64,000 nucleotides of DNA, taken from the NCBI GenBank assembly GCA_963763125.1, contig CAVXMV010000005.1, forward strand, positions 1,609,739-1,673,738. Reading direction: 5' to 3'. Numbering within the stretch: position 1 is the first letter of the stretch; each line of letters starts with the position of its first letter. The position numbers were made by a program, and so were the translations under genes. This document shows positions 26,629-36,740 of this stretch, in pieces. Origin of the DNA: an uncultured Chloroflexia bacterium (lineage in GTDB: Bacteria; Chloroflexota; Chloroflexia; Thermomicrobiales; UBA6265). Under the pieces are notes generated by a model. The model did no database searches. It saw only the letters and a list, made by a program, of their open reading frames with translations, and was not told the DNA's origin.

Positions 26629-29010
26629 GTGTCCCGTTACGGAAACAGCTACGGTTCCCCATATGCCCAGCCACACACCGCCCGGCCTCGATGGCCATGG
26701 GTGTTCGCCGTGATCCTGCTCATCGCGGTTTTCGCCACGAGCGGTCTCCTCGTCGCCGATCGGCTCGACAGCGACCAGTCCGCACTCAGCCAGATCGCCC
26801 AACGCGTCACCCCGGACGGCAGCGATGGCGGCCAGGCAGTCGAAGCGCCGACGCCAACAGTGGAACCCACCGCCGAACCGACGGAAGCGCCCACACCAAC
26901 TGCGGTCGACACACAGGCTCCGCTCCGGATTGCCGAAAACTGGCTGGCACTGTGGGCGACCGGCGATTACAGCGCGATGTACGACCTCTCGACCAAGGAG
27001 GTCCAGGCCTCCACCAGCCGCGACGCCTTCGCCACGCGCTACGCGCAGATTGCCGAGGAGGCCGGGTTGACCGCGGTTTCCAGTGAGATCGTGGGTGAGC
27101 CCGCCCTCAACGGCCAGGTGACGGTGGACATCACCCTCGAATCGAACCTCGTCGGCGCGATTACCGAGCGCAATGTGATTCCCCTCGTCAAACAGGACGA
27201 TACCTGGAAGGTCGCCTGGACGCCCTCACTCATTTTTCGCCAGCTCGGGCCGGCAGATTGCATCGACTTCCAGGGCGAGATCCCGCAACGCGGCAGCATC
27301 CTCGACCGCGATGGCGAAGTACTGGCCGAGGACACCGAGGTTGCCAGGATCGGGGTTATACCGGCTGAAGTCGTCGATCAGGATGCGATGCTCGCCGCCC
27401 TCAGCCCGATCGTCGGGATGTCCGCAGCCGATATTGCCTCGATCATCGACGGCGATTTCGATCCAACATGGTTCATCCCGGTCAAGGACATTCCGGGTGA
27501 ACCCGAGGCGGACCTGATCAACCAGATCCAGAAAATCCCAGGCGCCGTGGTTCGTCCGGCCGTCACTCGCTATTATCCCCAGGGTGCCCTCACCGCCCAT
27601 ATCACCGGGTGGGTCAGCCCGGCCTCCGCAGAAGACGTGGAAGACGATGAAACCGGGGCCGTCCATCCTAATGAAATGGTCGGGCGCAGCGGTCTCGAAT
27701 ATGGCGCTAACGAAATGCTCGCGGGCAAGCCGGGTGGATCGCTCAACGTCATCGATTGCGAAAGCCGTAGTGTCAGCGAAGAAATCGCCCGGAGCGAAGG
27801 CACCCCACCGCAAAATATCTACCTCACGATCGATCTCGACATGCAGCGGCAGGTCGACGCAGCGTTGACGGCCCAGGAGTCACAGGACAAGCGGGATGGG
27901 CTGCGCAGTGCCGCCGTTTATATCGATCCGCAAACAGGAGCCGTGCTGGCGATGGTCAGCCACCCGACTTTCGACCCCAACGACGCCTCCCAGAATACCT
28001 ACACCGAGGAGGAGCGGGAGCTGATCAACGACGAGTTGCTCAGCCCGCAGACCAACCGCGCCACGTTTTCCCAGTACCCAACAGGATCGATCTTCAAGGT
28101 GATCACCACGGCCGCCGCGATGCACTATCTGGATTACACCGGCGAGACGCCGATCGATTGCCCCGCCGAGTTCCAGATCGGCGATCAGACGTGGGCTGAC
28201 TGGGTGGTGGAAAACGGCTTGAGCGCGCAAGGCCAACTTACCTTGCACTCGGGGCTCGTGCGTTCATGCAACACGGTCTTCTATCAGCTCGGCGCCGCGC
28301 TCGATGACGAGGACCCGATGGCGTTGCCGGAAATGACGAAGGCGTTTGGGCTTGGCGCTCCAACCGGCATCCCGTATTTCCCCGAGATCTCGGGCACCGT
28401 TCCCGATCCCCAGTGGAAGCGGGACGTGATTGGCGACGGCTGGGCGACCGGTGATGCGGTAAACCTGGCGATCGGCCAGGGCTACATGACGGCCACGCCA
28501 CTGCAAATGGCGAATGCCTACGCCGCAATCGCCAATGGCGGCACCCTGCTTCAGCCGTATATCGTCGATCGCGTGCAATCGCCCGATGGCGTCTTCACCC
28601 AGGTCGGGGAACGCAAGGTGATTCGCGAGCTGCCTCTCACAGACCAGCAAATCGTCGATATCCAGAGTGCGCTGGCCGAGCAAACGCACAATGACGAAGG
28701 CGTCGGATCGTCCAAGATCTTCAACGATTTCGACTGGCCGATTTCCGGCAAGACAGGAACTGCCCAGAACCTGCTCGACACAAGCGACAAGCCGCACTCC
28801 TGGTTCGCGGCCTACGGTGGGGCGGACGGCGAGGCTACGATCGCCTCCGTCGTGCTTGTCGAGAACATCGGCGAGGGTGTCAGCTACGCCGCCCCCGCGA
28901 CCAAAATGGTCTACCAGTGGTACAGCACAAGCGACCTGGCCGGTGGCGCGGGCTCCGCCGGCGGGCAGGATGGCGATCCGCAATCGACGCCGGAATCCAC
29001 CCCCGATTAG
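26629..29010 (+). CDS. Penicillin-binding protein (class B transpeptidase with NTF2/MecA_N-like N-terminal region)
   Basis: 793-aa ORF with a GTG start and AAGGA upstream, and an N-terminal TM segment WVFAVILLIAVFATSGLLV. Transpeptidase motifs are TGSIFK (SxxK), RSCN (SxN) and KTGTA. Confidence 0.9.
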   Translation: MSRYGNSYGSPYAQPHTARPRWPWVFAVILLIAVFATSGLLVADRLDSDQSALSQIAQRVTPDGSDGGQAVEAPTPTVEPTAEPTEAPTPTAVDTQAPLRIAENWLALWATGDYSAMYDLSTKEVQASTSRDAFATRYAQIAEEAGLTAVSSEIVGEPALNGQVTVDITLESNLVGAITERNVIPLVKQDDTWKVAWTPSLIFRQLGPADCIDFQGEIPQRGSILDRDGEVLAEDTEVARIGVIPAEVVDQDAMLAALSPIVGMSAADIASIIDGDFDPTWFIPVKDIPGEPEADLINQIQKIPGAVVRPAVTRYYPQGALTAHITGWVSPASAEDVEDDETGAVHPNEMVGRSGLEYGANEMLAGKPGGSLNVIDCESRSVSEEIARSEGTPPQNIYLTIDLDMQRQVDAALTAQESQDKRDGLRSAAVYIDPQTGAVLAMVSHPTFDPNDASQNTYTEEERELINDELLSPQTNRATFSQYPTGSIFKVITTAAAMHYLDYTGETPIDCPAEFQIGDQTWADWVVENGLSAQGQLTLHSGLVRSCNTVFYQLGAALDDEDPMALPEMTKAFGLGAPTGIPYFPEISGTVPDPQWKRDVIGDGWATGDAVNLAIGQGYMTATPLQMANAYAAIANGGTLLQPYIVDRVQSPDGVFTQVGERKVIRELPLTDQQIVDIQSALAEQTHNDEGVGSSKIFNDFDWPISGKTGTAQNLLDTSDKPHSWFAAYGGADGEATIASVVLVENIGEGVSYAAPATKMVYQWYSTSDLAGGAGSAGGQDGDPQSTPESTPD

Positions 29011-29167
29011 CAAGGTTCTTCATCTGGCGACCAACAAGGTAGCCGTCATCGTCCGGCGGTGGCGAGGACGGAGGTGTCGGAGGTTCGACCCACGGGCTGA
29101 CACCCTGCGCCCTTTTGTGGGAGGTGTCGTGTGCGCCGGGGGCCAGCCCCTACGGGGTGCTGCTCGC

Positions 29168-29195
29168 TGGGAGGACACACGGGTCCTCCCGTACG
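29168..29195. repeat. Palindromic repeat family C, second copy
   Basis: See 26204-26232. Confidence 0.7.
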
Positions 29196-29232
29196 AAGCA
29201 TTGGGGTGCGTCCCCACTCACCTTCGCGTGCT

Positions 29233-29707
29233 TCATTCGGCCCCGGGAGGAGGACCGGTGATTTCCACGCCATATCTGGCTGCGATCGTCACGAGCCGCT
29301 CGATGTCGACGTTCGCTGCCGCATTGAGGTCGCGTGTTTCCGCGACATAGTGTTCGAGCCCGGCCGGTATGTATACCGTCAGCAGGCAGGCCATCTCCGA
29401 CACGACCCGATAGCAGTGCTCGCCGCCTCGGGGCAGGAACACGCAGTCGCCTGCGGACGCCCGGCACACCGTTCCCTCCAGGTAGAACGTGATGTCGCCT
29501 TCCAGCACGTAGACTGCGGTGCCGGTGCCTGGGAGGCTCGTTTCCCCTGCGCCCAACGCTGTGGATGAGGGCCAGGCGCTCCCCGGTAGTGATGCCCTCC
29601 ATCAATGGATTCGCAACATTGCCGAGGCCGCGGACAGGGGTGGTCACTGGAAGAATGAACTCGGGGATCCGGGGCGATGTACCGTCAACGTTGTCCGCGC
29701 CGCTCAC
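29233..29707 (-). pseudogene. Cupin-domain protein, one frame change
   Basis: MSGADNVDGTSPRIPEFILPVTTPVRGLGNVANPLMEGITTGERLALIHS reads in ORF 29150-29707. GAGETSLPGTGTAVYVLEGDITFYLEGTVCRASAGDCVFLPRGGEHCYRV continues in ORF 29233-29556. The junction is near 29560. Confidence 0.7.
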
Positions 29708-29753
29708 ATTAATTCACCCTCTCTCGTCGCCTGCCAATGTCTCTGCGGCACGT

Positions 29754-30282
29754 TCACAGGCAGTACCGCGCTTCCAACTCCCGGTCTACACCCTTTTGCT
29801 TCGCCCTCCTGGCCAGTTGTGTGTGGTGGCCCTGGCTCGTGTCGTTGGGGTGTGGGTTTGGCGGTATTCCGTCGGCCCGGACAAGGCCATTGTGGGCGAG
29901 GCCGTACCCGGCTCTCAGTGCCCGTTCGAACCCTTCGCTGGCGGGTCGAAGCTCGACAAGGAATGTGGTGGGCTCGTCGGCGGGATTGTAAAGATGCAGG
30001 GATTTCGTGGGGGCGACGGCTGTTTCCCGGGAAGCAGGGTGCGGGTCTCGCCCTCCACCATTACATCCAGGGTGCCTTGCAGCACCTCGAAGTGTTCGGC
30101 GTACGTCCAGTGATAGTGGGAGGTGGTTTTGCCACCGGGGGCAACCTCAATCTCGATCAAGGTGTACTCGCCGTCCGTTTCCTGTTCGTCTTAAGGAAGG
30201 TGGCGTAATCCTTCTGGACGGGGTTGTAGATCTTTCGATTATCGCTGACCAGTGTTTCCACGTTGTCCAGGGTGATGGTCAT
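29754..30282 (-). pseudogene. Second cupin-domain protein, two frame changes
   Basis: The ATG at 30282 has GAGGA upstream. MTITLDNVETLVSDNRKIYNPVQKDYATFLKT is followed at ~30192 by EQETDGEYTLIEIEVAPGGKTTSHYHWTYAEHFEVLQGTLDVMVEGETRTLLPG. At ~30025 it continues as ETAVAPTKSLHLYNPADEPTTFLVELRPASEGFERAL...RELEARYCL-stop. Both changes look like single-nucleotide losses. Confidence 0.7.
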
Positions 30283-30357
30283 GGAGTTTTCCTCTCGTGT
30301 CGTGGATGGCGATGGATGATTCGTGGTGGACGTGTCCGATGCGTTTCCAATGCCTCA

Positions 30358-30797
30358 TCAATCATTGCTGGAGGCCAGGCGGATGCCGATCAGCTTCAAC
30401 GCGCAGACGAACCCGGCGACTGAGATCAAGGCCAGGTACAGCGTGCTTTCCATCCAGTCGATCGGACCCATATCGCGTACCGTCGCCACGTCCGGGAATG
30501 GAGAACGTCGCATCCCAAGGAGCGAGCATGAGGATCGAGGTGCTCCACCACGCCCAGCGCTTGCCGGTCAGGACCAGCGTGGCCAGTCCCGCCATGGCGG
30601 CGTAGGACAGGCCGTGTAACGTGAAGGCGTCTTCGGGGATTTCCATCAGCATCGCCCGGTACGCCTGGTAGAGGGCGGAGATTGTGAACGCACATGCCAG
30701 GCTGCCGACGCCACCGTGCCCGGCCCCTTTCGAGGCTCATTGTGGGAGATCCAAGAGCCTCCGTCGACTCACCCGCATTGATCGATCTGCTTGTCAT
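30358..30797 (-). pseudogene. Small hydrophobic (membrane) protein of unknown function, apparently two frame changes
   Basis: The hydrophobic reading ...GVGSLACAFTISALYQAYRAMLMEIPEDAFTLHGLSYAAMAGLATLVLTGKRWAWWSTSILMLAPWDATFSIP continues as DVATVRDMGPIDWMESTLYLALISVAGFVCALKLIGIRLASSND-stop in another frame (~30490). The only upstream ATG (30797) lies in a third frame. Confidence 0.45.
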
Positions 30798-30989
30798 GAT
30801 CTGTCTCCTGCTGCTGCGCCTGCGGTTGCCGAATGGACTTGTTTCACTCCTTCATCCGCTGTTGACTACTGTGCGTTTGGGAGACTTCGGGTGCGACCCA
30901 GCGCGTCCACCACGCGACCAGTCAGGCCCCCGGCGCGGTGTGGACCCGGGAGCCGCCGGGGGTGTCCTGCGCAACAGGGGAGCGGGGGT

Positions 30990-33297
30990 ATGGCGGGCGA
31001 AGAGGTGCCGACATTTGGGGAGCGGCTGGCGGTTTGCGTGAGGCCGCGGGTTAGACCCGCGATGATCTGGCGGAGCGGGCCGGGCTCTCGGCCAAGGGTA
31101 TAGCGGCGCTCGAGCGGGGGGAGCGCAGGCGTCCCTATGCTCATCGATGCGCTCCCTTGCCGGGGCATTGGGGTGGAGAGAAGAAGAACGGTCGGCCCTG
31201 GTCCGGGCAGGCAGGGGCGGGGAAGGCTCACCGGCTGCCGGTCGGGCGGTTTCGCCGCTGCCTGTCGCGCTGATGCCCATTGTGGGGAGGCGGCGCGAAT
31301 TGGGAGAACTGCCGAATTCGCCTGCGGGGCGGCGCGCGCCTGGTCACCCTCACCGGGCCGGGAGGAGTGGGGAAGACGCGGATCGCGCTCGAAGTGGCGC
31401 CCGCCCTGATCGACGATTTTCCGGATGGCGTTATTTTCCTGGCCCTGGCTCCGCTGGGTGATCCGGACCGTGCTTTCCACGATTGCACGCACACTGGGGC
31501 TGGCCTCCCCGACCACACGGACCGATACATGAATCCCTTCTCGAGTACCTGAGTGGCAAATCGCTGCTGCTGGTGCTCGACAATTTCGAACACGTCCTGG
31601 CAGCGGCGCCCGATGTGGCAGTGCTGATCGAGTCCTGTCCCCGCTCGTCGTATTGGCCACCAGCCGGGCGCCGTTGAGAGTGCGGGGAGAGCAGGAGTAC
31701 CCGCTGGGCCCACTCCCGGTGCCCGGCTTGAGCCGCGTGAAATGTGGCCGAGATAGAGGACAACCCGGCGGTGAACTGTTCGTCGAAGCGCCAGGGACAT
31801 TTGGCCGGAGTTTGGATTGACTCAGTCCAATGCCGCGGCGGTGGTCGCCATGCGTCGCCGGCTCGACGGATTGCCGCTTGCGCTGGAACTTGCCGCCGCC
31901 GAGTGAGGTTGCTCGATCCTACCTCGATGCTGGCCCGCCTCGACCAGGCCTTGCCGTTGCTCACCGGCGGGGCTCGCGACCTGCCAGAGTGGCAGCGGAC
32001 GATGGAGGCGCTGATCAGTGGAGTTACATCTGATCGGGCAGGGGAGCGAATTGTTCCGCGCCTGTCGGTGTTCGCCGGTGAGTGGGATCTCCCGGCGGCG
32101 GAGGCAGTGTGCGGCGGGGATGCGAGCTCCACGACCGGCATCCTGGATCTGCTGTCGGGCCTGGTGGAATGGTCGCTGGTCACCGTCGAGCGGGGCACGG
32201 GTATGCGCTACCGGATGCTCGAACCCGTGCGCCAGTTCGCCTTCCGGCTGCTCGAGGAGGCTGATGAGGCCGAGGATGCGCGGAACAGCCCTGCACACCT
32301 GCGACTGGCTGAACAGGCATGCCGGAGTTACGAGAAGCGCCGACCGGGGAGCGGCTGGACCGTCCGAGGCCGACCGCGATAACCTGCGGGCGACAATTTC
32401 GTGGGCCCTGTCGCACGAGCGGGGCGACGTGGCCGCGAGAGTGGCATTTGCCCTTTGGGATTTTTTCTGGGCACGCGGGCAGCATGCCGAGGTGATCCGG
32501 TGGATGGAACAGGTTCTTGCCGCCGAAAGCGCGATCACGAGCGGATACGGGGACGGGCACTCTTTGTCGTCGAGTTCATGCGGTTCCGGATGGGTGCACA
32601 CGACAGCTTGTTGAGAGCGCTGAGTGAAATCGTCGCGATATTCGAAGCGGAAGGAAACCGGGGAGGAACGGCCGATGTCCTGATGATGGCGGCGGGGCTG
32701 GCCTCGCTGAGGGCGGGCGATATCGACCAGGCGAGGGAGTACCTGGAGCGAAGCAACAGCCGGTTCGAGGCGCTCGCCGACGAGCGCCGGATCGCAATTA
32801 CTCTGGTTTTCCTCGGGGTGATTCCACTAACGAGGGCGACTACGGTCGGGCGCAGGACTACTTCGAGCGCGGCCTTGCGCTGGCCCGTGCCAAGGGTGGC
32901 GACCCTCGAGTACCTACCCGCCGCTCATCACCTGGCGCTTGCTGCACAGGGAAAGGAAGAATACGGAAAGGCGGCCCGCTACTACACGGAGGTCCTGACG
33001 CTTGTAGAGAGTATTGGTGACAAGGCAGGTGTTGCCCTTGCCATGGTGGGGCTCGCGGAGTGCGCGGCGGGCAAGGACGAACCCGAACGGGCCGGCGCGC
33101 CTTTATGGCGCCTCCGATGGGGTGTTCGGCAGTGTGGGCATGTCCTCGACCTGTTCAACACGAGTCCTGCCTTTCACGAACACTTCGCGGATCTCATTCG
33201 CGTCCGGCTTGGGGATGAAGCGATGACCGCGTTGCGGGCAGAAGGGCAGGCCATGACCTTCGACCAGGCCGTCGAGTATGCGCTCGAGCTGGACTGA
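30990..33297 (+). pseudogene. XRE-HTH / NB-ARC-type ATPase / TPR (STAND-like) regulator, heavily degraded
   Basis: The pieces are spread over all three frames. They include MAGEEVPTFGERL, LREAAG-TAG(31052)-TRDDLAERAGLSAKGIAALERGERRRPY (HTH), ARLVTLTGPGGVGKTRIALEVA (Walker A), SLLLVLDNFEHV (Walker B), LDGLPLALELAAA, and TPR-like repeats ending ...ALRAEGQAMTFDQAVEYALELD-stop. At least ten frame changes and one in-frame stop are needed to read it. Confidence 0.75.
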
Positions 33298-33312
33298 CAG
33301 GTCAGCGTGCTG
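33153..33312 (+). repeat. 160-bp direct repeat copy 1 (3' end of the degraded regulator)
   Basis: gttcaacacgagtcctgcctttcacgaacacttcgcggatctc...gagctggactgacaggtcagcg is near-identical to 36581-36740, with a handful of mismatches. Confidence 0.85.
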
Positions 33313-33338
33313 TCCGGCTGGGGGCTACGTCGGCCCCG

Positions 33339-34320
33339 TCATCGTTCGTGTTGAGCTGCGTGGCGTTCTCGTTGCATGAAGAGCACGACGAGGACTGCTC
33401 CGGCTAGCACGTCGATGAGGTTGAGCGTGGCATAGCCGACGACGATCCCCGAGACCGTTACGCCGGCACCGCGCCGCGGCGGTGGAGGAGCGGCGAGCGC
33501 GCAAATGCATACATGCCCGCCACGTGGACGGACATCACGAGACCGACTCTCGAGCGAGTCGCCGTGGTCGCGCAGGTGCAGTGGCGTCATCGTCATACCG
33601 CCACCATGGAAGAGGCGAGCTTGGGAGCGGTCGGCAGCATGAGGCGGAGCTGCGCGAGAGCGGATCGTCGCTACGCGGGTACTTCCGGGGTCTCGAGACC
33701 TCCGGCGCGGGGAGGTCGGCACCCGCGTATGCCCGCCACGTGGACGGACATCACGAGACCGACTATCTCGAGCGAGTCGCCGTGGTCGCGCACGTGCAGT
33801 GGCGTCATCGTCATCACCGCCACCATGGCAAGGAGCCCCGAGCTTGCGGAGCGGTCGCGCAGCACGAGGCGGATCTGCGCGAGAGCGGATCGTCGGGATG
33901 CGGGTGCTTCCGGGGTCTCGAGACCTCCGGCGGCGACGAGCGGGTCGGGTCGCAAGAGCAGCTCGATGACCGCGGCCGCCACAACGAACCATACGAATGC
34001 CGCCCCGAACGGGCCGGCCAGAGACGGCAATCCGAGCCACTCCCCGAGTCGGCCAGCGAGAGCGAGCGCGTTCGGACCGGCGACTGCACCGATGGTGGTC
34101 GCCCACACGACCGTGGAGATGGCCCGCGCCCGATGTTCCGGCGCGGCGAGGTCGGCACCCGCGGAGCGAGCGAGCAAGTTCGCGGCGGTGCCCGATCCGA
34201 TCAGGACCATCCCGGCGAGCAGCACTGGGAACGACTCGATCTCGGCGGCGACAATGGCGGCCCCGGCACCGGTCGTGGCGGTGATGTAGCCACGGACGGT
34301 CCGCTGCTGGAGTCGCTCCG
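33339..34320 (-). pseudogene. MFS transporter remnant (N-terminally truncated, frame-broken, internal duplication)
   Basis: MFS-like hydrophobic segments are present: VLLAGMVLIGSGTAANLLARSAGADLAAPEHRARAISTVVWATTIGAVAGP and LLAMVAVMTMTPLHVRDHGDSLEIVGLVMSVHVAG. The first helices are missing where the LLM gene ends (34332), and the C-terminal part lies in other frames. Confidence 0.65.
33513..33932. repeat. Tandem duplication, period 216 bp, inside the MFS remnant
   Basis: atgcccgccacgtggacggacatcacgagaccgact... starts at both 33513 and 33729. Copies 33513-33707 and 33729-33932 align with scattered substitutions and small indels. Confidence 0.8.
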
Positions 34321-34331
34321 GGTCCGGGGGC

Positions 34332-35201
34332 TCAGCCTGCTAGGGGGCCATCGCGAAGCACGCCGCGCACTTGGTCCGACGACACCCGCTCCGGGTCGAA
34401 ACCTCGAAGCAACCACGTGGCACCCGCCTGCTGCCACGGGTGCGGATCGACGCCCACGGGGAGGCTGACGACGAAGTCGTACGATGCGGTTGGATCCGGT
34501 CGCAACGCGGTGACCGTGGTGACGACTTCAGCGAGCTGGTCGGGATGCTCGAGATTGACCGGGAAGAACCCGTCGTACCGGGCGGCACGGAGCATCGGCC
34601 TGGCGTTGCCGGGAAAGCCCGCGATCCACACCGGGACGCCGGGTCGTTGCACCGGTCGGGGAAGGAATTGGATGTCGTCGACCGTGTAGTGGTCGCCGTG
34701 GTGGTGAACCGGCTCACCGCTCCAGGCGGCGGTGAGGATCTCCAGTGCCTCGTCGAGCATCTGGCCCCGGGCCCGGTCGTTGAGCTGCTCGCCGGTCTTC
34801 GAGAACTCGCGAGCGAAGCGGTCTTCGCCGATCCCGACGCCAAGGGTGAGACGGCCGCCGCTGAGCACGTCCAGTGTCGCGGTCTCGCGGGCGACCTTGA
34901 CCGGTCGGCGTCGTGGCAGCGGCGTGACCATGGGGCCGAGCCTCAGCCGCTCGGTCGCAGCCGCGATCGCGGCGAGCATGATCCACGGGTCAGCAACCTG
35001 GCGCACCGGCGCCTCCCAGCGCAGGTGGTCCCACACGAAGAACCCATGCCAGCCCGCCGCCTCCGCCTCGGCGGCCAGACCCATTACCGTCAACGGGTCC
35101 GACAGCTCATCGAACAGCGGCAGCGAGAGACCCGAGCGGACGGTGGGACCCGGCGATGGCGTGCCGGCTTCCACGTTCGATGCACCATGTCCCGCGGTCA
35201 T
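34332..35201 (-). CDS. Luciferase-like monooxygenase (LLM) class, probably F420-dependent, oxidoreductase
   Basis: The ORF spans 34332-35213. The ATG at 35201 lies 1 nt after the PPOX stop. Typical LLM segments are FFVWDHL, LGPMVTPLPRRRPVKVARETATLDVLSGGRLTLGVGIG and HHHGDHYTV. Confidence 0.8.
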   Translation of the reverse strand: MTAGHGASNVEAGTPSPGPTVRSGLSLPLFDELSDPLTVMGLAAEAEAAGWHGFFVWDHLRWEAPVRQVADPWIMLAAIAAATERLRLGPMVTPLPRRRPVKVARETATLDVLSGGRLTLGVGIGEDRFAREFSKTGEQLNDRARGQMLDEALEILTAAWSGEPVHHHGDHYTVDDIQFLPRPVQRPGVPVWIAGFPGNARPMLRAARYDGFFPVNLEHPDQLAEVVTTVTALRPDPTASYDFVVSLPVGVDPHPWQQAGATWLLRGFDPERVSSDQVRGVLRDGPLAG

Positions 35202-35202
35202 T

Positions 35203-35622
35203 TCAATGCTCACTCACGCGGTCGAGAGCGACGATCCTGATTGGCTCAATACGGACCAGCGTCCCGAGCCCCTCGCGGGCGAACCGCACGAAGTCCTCCA
35301 TGCCCTCGCCGGCGTCGTAGCGCTGGCTGATCCGTCGAGCGACCGGCTCGATATCCTGGACGTCGCTTGAGGCGAGGGCAGTGCCCTCGATCATCACGAA
35401 GGCGAAGGGCGGCGTCTCATCGTCAACGACGAGGGTCACCCGAGGATCGCGCAGGAGGTTACGGCCCTTCACCGTCTCGGCGTTGGTCAGGAACAGGATG
35501 TCGTCGTCATCGAGGACGAAACAGATCGGTACGGCATGAGGCCTGCCGTCCGCACACGTGGTCGCAAGGACGGCGGTGCGAGTACCCTCCATAAGGAAGG
35601 CGCGACGCCCGTCGGGGGTCAT
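35203..35622 (-). CDS. PPOX-class (pyridoxamine-phosphate-oxidase-like) probable F420-dependent enzyme
   Basis: The likely start MTPDGRRAFLMEGTRTAVLATTCADGRPHAVPICFVLDDDDILFLTNAETVKGRNLLRDPRVTL shows the classic split-barrel PPOX pattern. Confidence 0.8.
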   Translation of the reverse strand: MTPDGRRAFLMEGTRTAVLATTCADGRPHAVPICFVLDDDDILFLTNAETVKGRNLLRDPRVTLVVDDETPPFAFVMIEGTALASSDVQDIEPVARRISQRYDAGEGMEDFVRFAREGLGTLVRIEPIRIVALDRVSEH

Positions 35623-35836
35623 CTCTGCTGCTGCCACCTTCAGCTCCTTCCGGTGTGGTCGAGGATCGCGCCGCCAATGCTGCGCCACTCGGCGCGAAGT
35701 GCCTGCCCGTGCTGGATCGCGTGTTCGAGGTTGGTCCGGTGAAGCATCCGTCGCCTCCTGGACGACCTGCCCACGTGGATCTGCGTCTAAACTTGTAATC
35801 TGATGTATTATTAGACTCAAGTCTAGGAGTTGTCAA

Positions 35837-36520
35837 GTGTCGATGCCTGACCACGTCGTGAGCCCCACCAGGGCGGGCCGCCGTGAACGCAAGAAGCTGG
35901 AGACCAGGGAACGCATCCTCGAGAGCGGCGTCGCCCTGTTCGCCACTCACGGATACGACTCGACGACGATGGAGCAGATCGGCGAGCGCGCGGACGTGTC
36001 ACGGGCGACGGTCTTCAACTACTTCGCCCGGAAGGAAGACATCGTCTTCGAGTGGTTCGGACGACTACGAGCCGAGTTCGCGAAGGCCCTCGCCGAGGAC
36101 GACCAGCACACGGTCGACTCGACGAGCCGGCTCCGCCGCGCGTTTCGCGTGCTCGCCGACCTCTACGAGGATGACCCCGCGACCGGACGTGCCATGGTGC
36201 GCGCCTGGCAGCGCGCTGGAGGCCCACTGCTCGCCGATGAATCCGGCGCACCCCGGCTCGTGGCCGACAGCGTGCGCGCTGGACAACTAGCCGGCGACAT
36301 CCCCCACGGCGTCGATCCCGATCTTGCCGCCCGTATCCTTTTCGACGCGTACCTCGGAGTCCTCTACCGGTGGGTTCTCGACGAGACCGATCAGCTGGCG
36401 CTCGGCGAGCAGCTCACGGCCACGCTCGACTTGATCCTCCCCTCTATCCTTCGCACATGCTCCGTCGACACCAACGGGCCGAGCTACCGGCGCATCGACA
36501 AGAACCGCCGCACGTCCTAG
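35837..36520 (+). CDS. TetR/AcrR family transcriptional regulator (divergent from the PPOX-LLM pair)
   Basis: It has the N-terminal HTH RERILESGVALFATHGYDSTTMEQIGERADVSRATVFNYFARKEDIV. A short palindrome TAGACTcaAGTCTA (35812-35825) lies in the divergent spacer. Confidence 0.9.
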   Translation: MSMPDHVVSPTRAGRRERKKLETRERILESGVALFATHGYDSTTMEQIGERADVSRATVFNYFARKEDIVFEWFGRLRAEFAKALAEDDQHTVDSTSRLRRAFRVLADLYEDDPATGRAMVRAWQRAGGPLLADESGAPRLVADSVRAGQLAGDIPHGVDPDLAARILFDAYLGVLYRWVLDETDQLALGEQLTATLDLILPSILRTCSVDTNGPSYRRIDKNRRTS

Positions 36521-36580
36521 CCATATCACCGGTTGCCCGAGGCCGGTCTGCCACACCGTCGGCAAGGGGCCCTTCCACCC

Positions 36581-36740
36581 GTTCAACACGAGCCCTGCCT
36601 TACACGAACACTTCGCGGATCTCATTCGCGTCCGGCTTGGGGATGAGGCGATGACCGCGTTGCGGGCAGAAGGGCAGGCCATGACCTTCGGACAGGCCGT
36701 CGAGTATGCGCTCGAGCAGGACTGACAGGTCAGCGCGCTG
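36581..36740 (+). repeat. 160-bp direct repeat copy 2 (orphan regulator 3' end)
   Basis: It would encode ...FNTSPALHEHFADLIRVRLGDEAMTALRAEGQAMTFGQAVEYALEQD-stop. No upstream gene body is present. Confidence 0.85.

Noticed and set aside
33513-33932. Possible CRISPR-like or minisatellite array
   Set aside because: There are only two long (216-bp) copies with no spacers. They lie inside a recognisable MFS coding remnant. No short regularly spaced repeats occur anywhere in the window.
35785-35826. AT-rich stretch with the short palindrome TAGACTcaAGTCTA, considered as the TetR operator
   Set aside because: It has only 6-bp arms and overlaps the tetR ribosome-binding region. That is too weak to list as a separate feature, so it is mentioned only in the TetR evidence.
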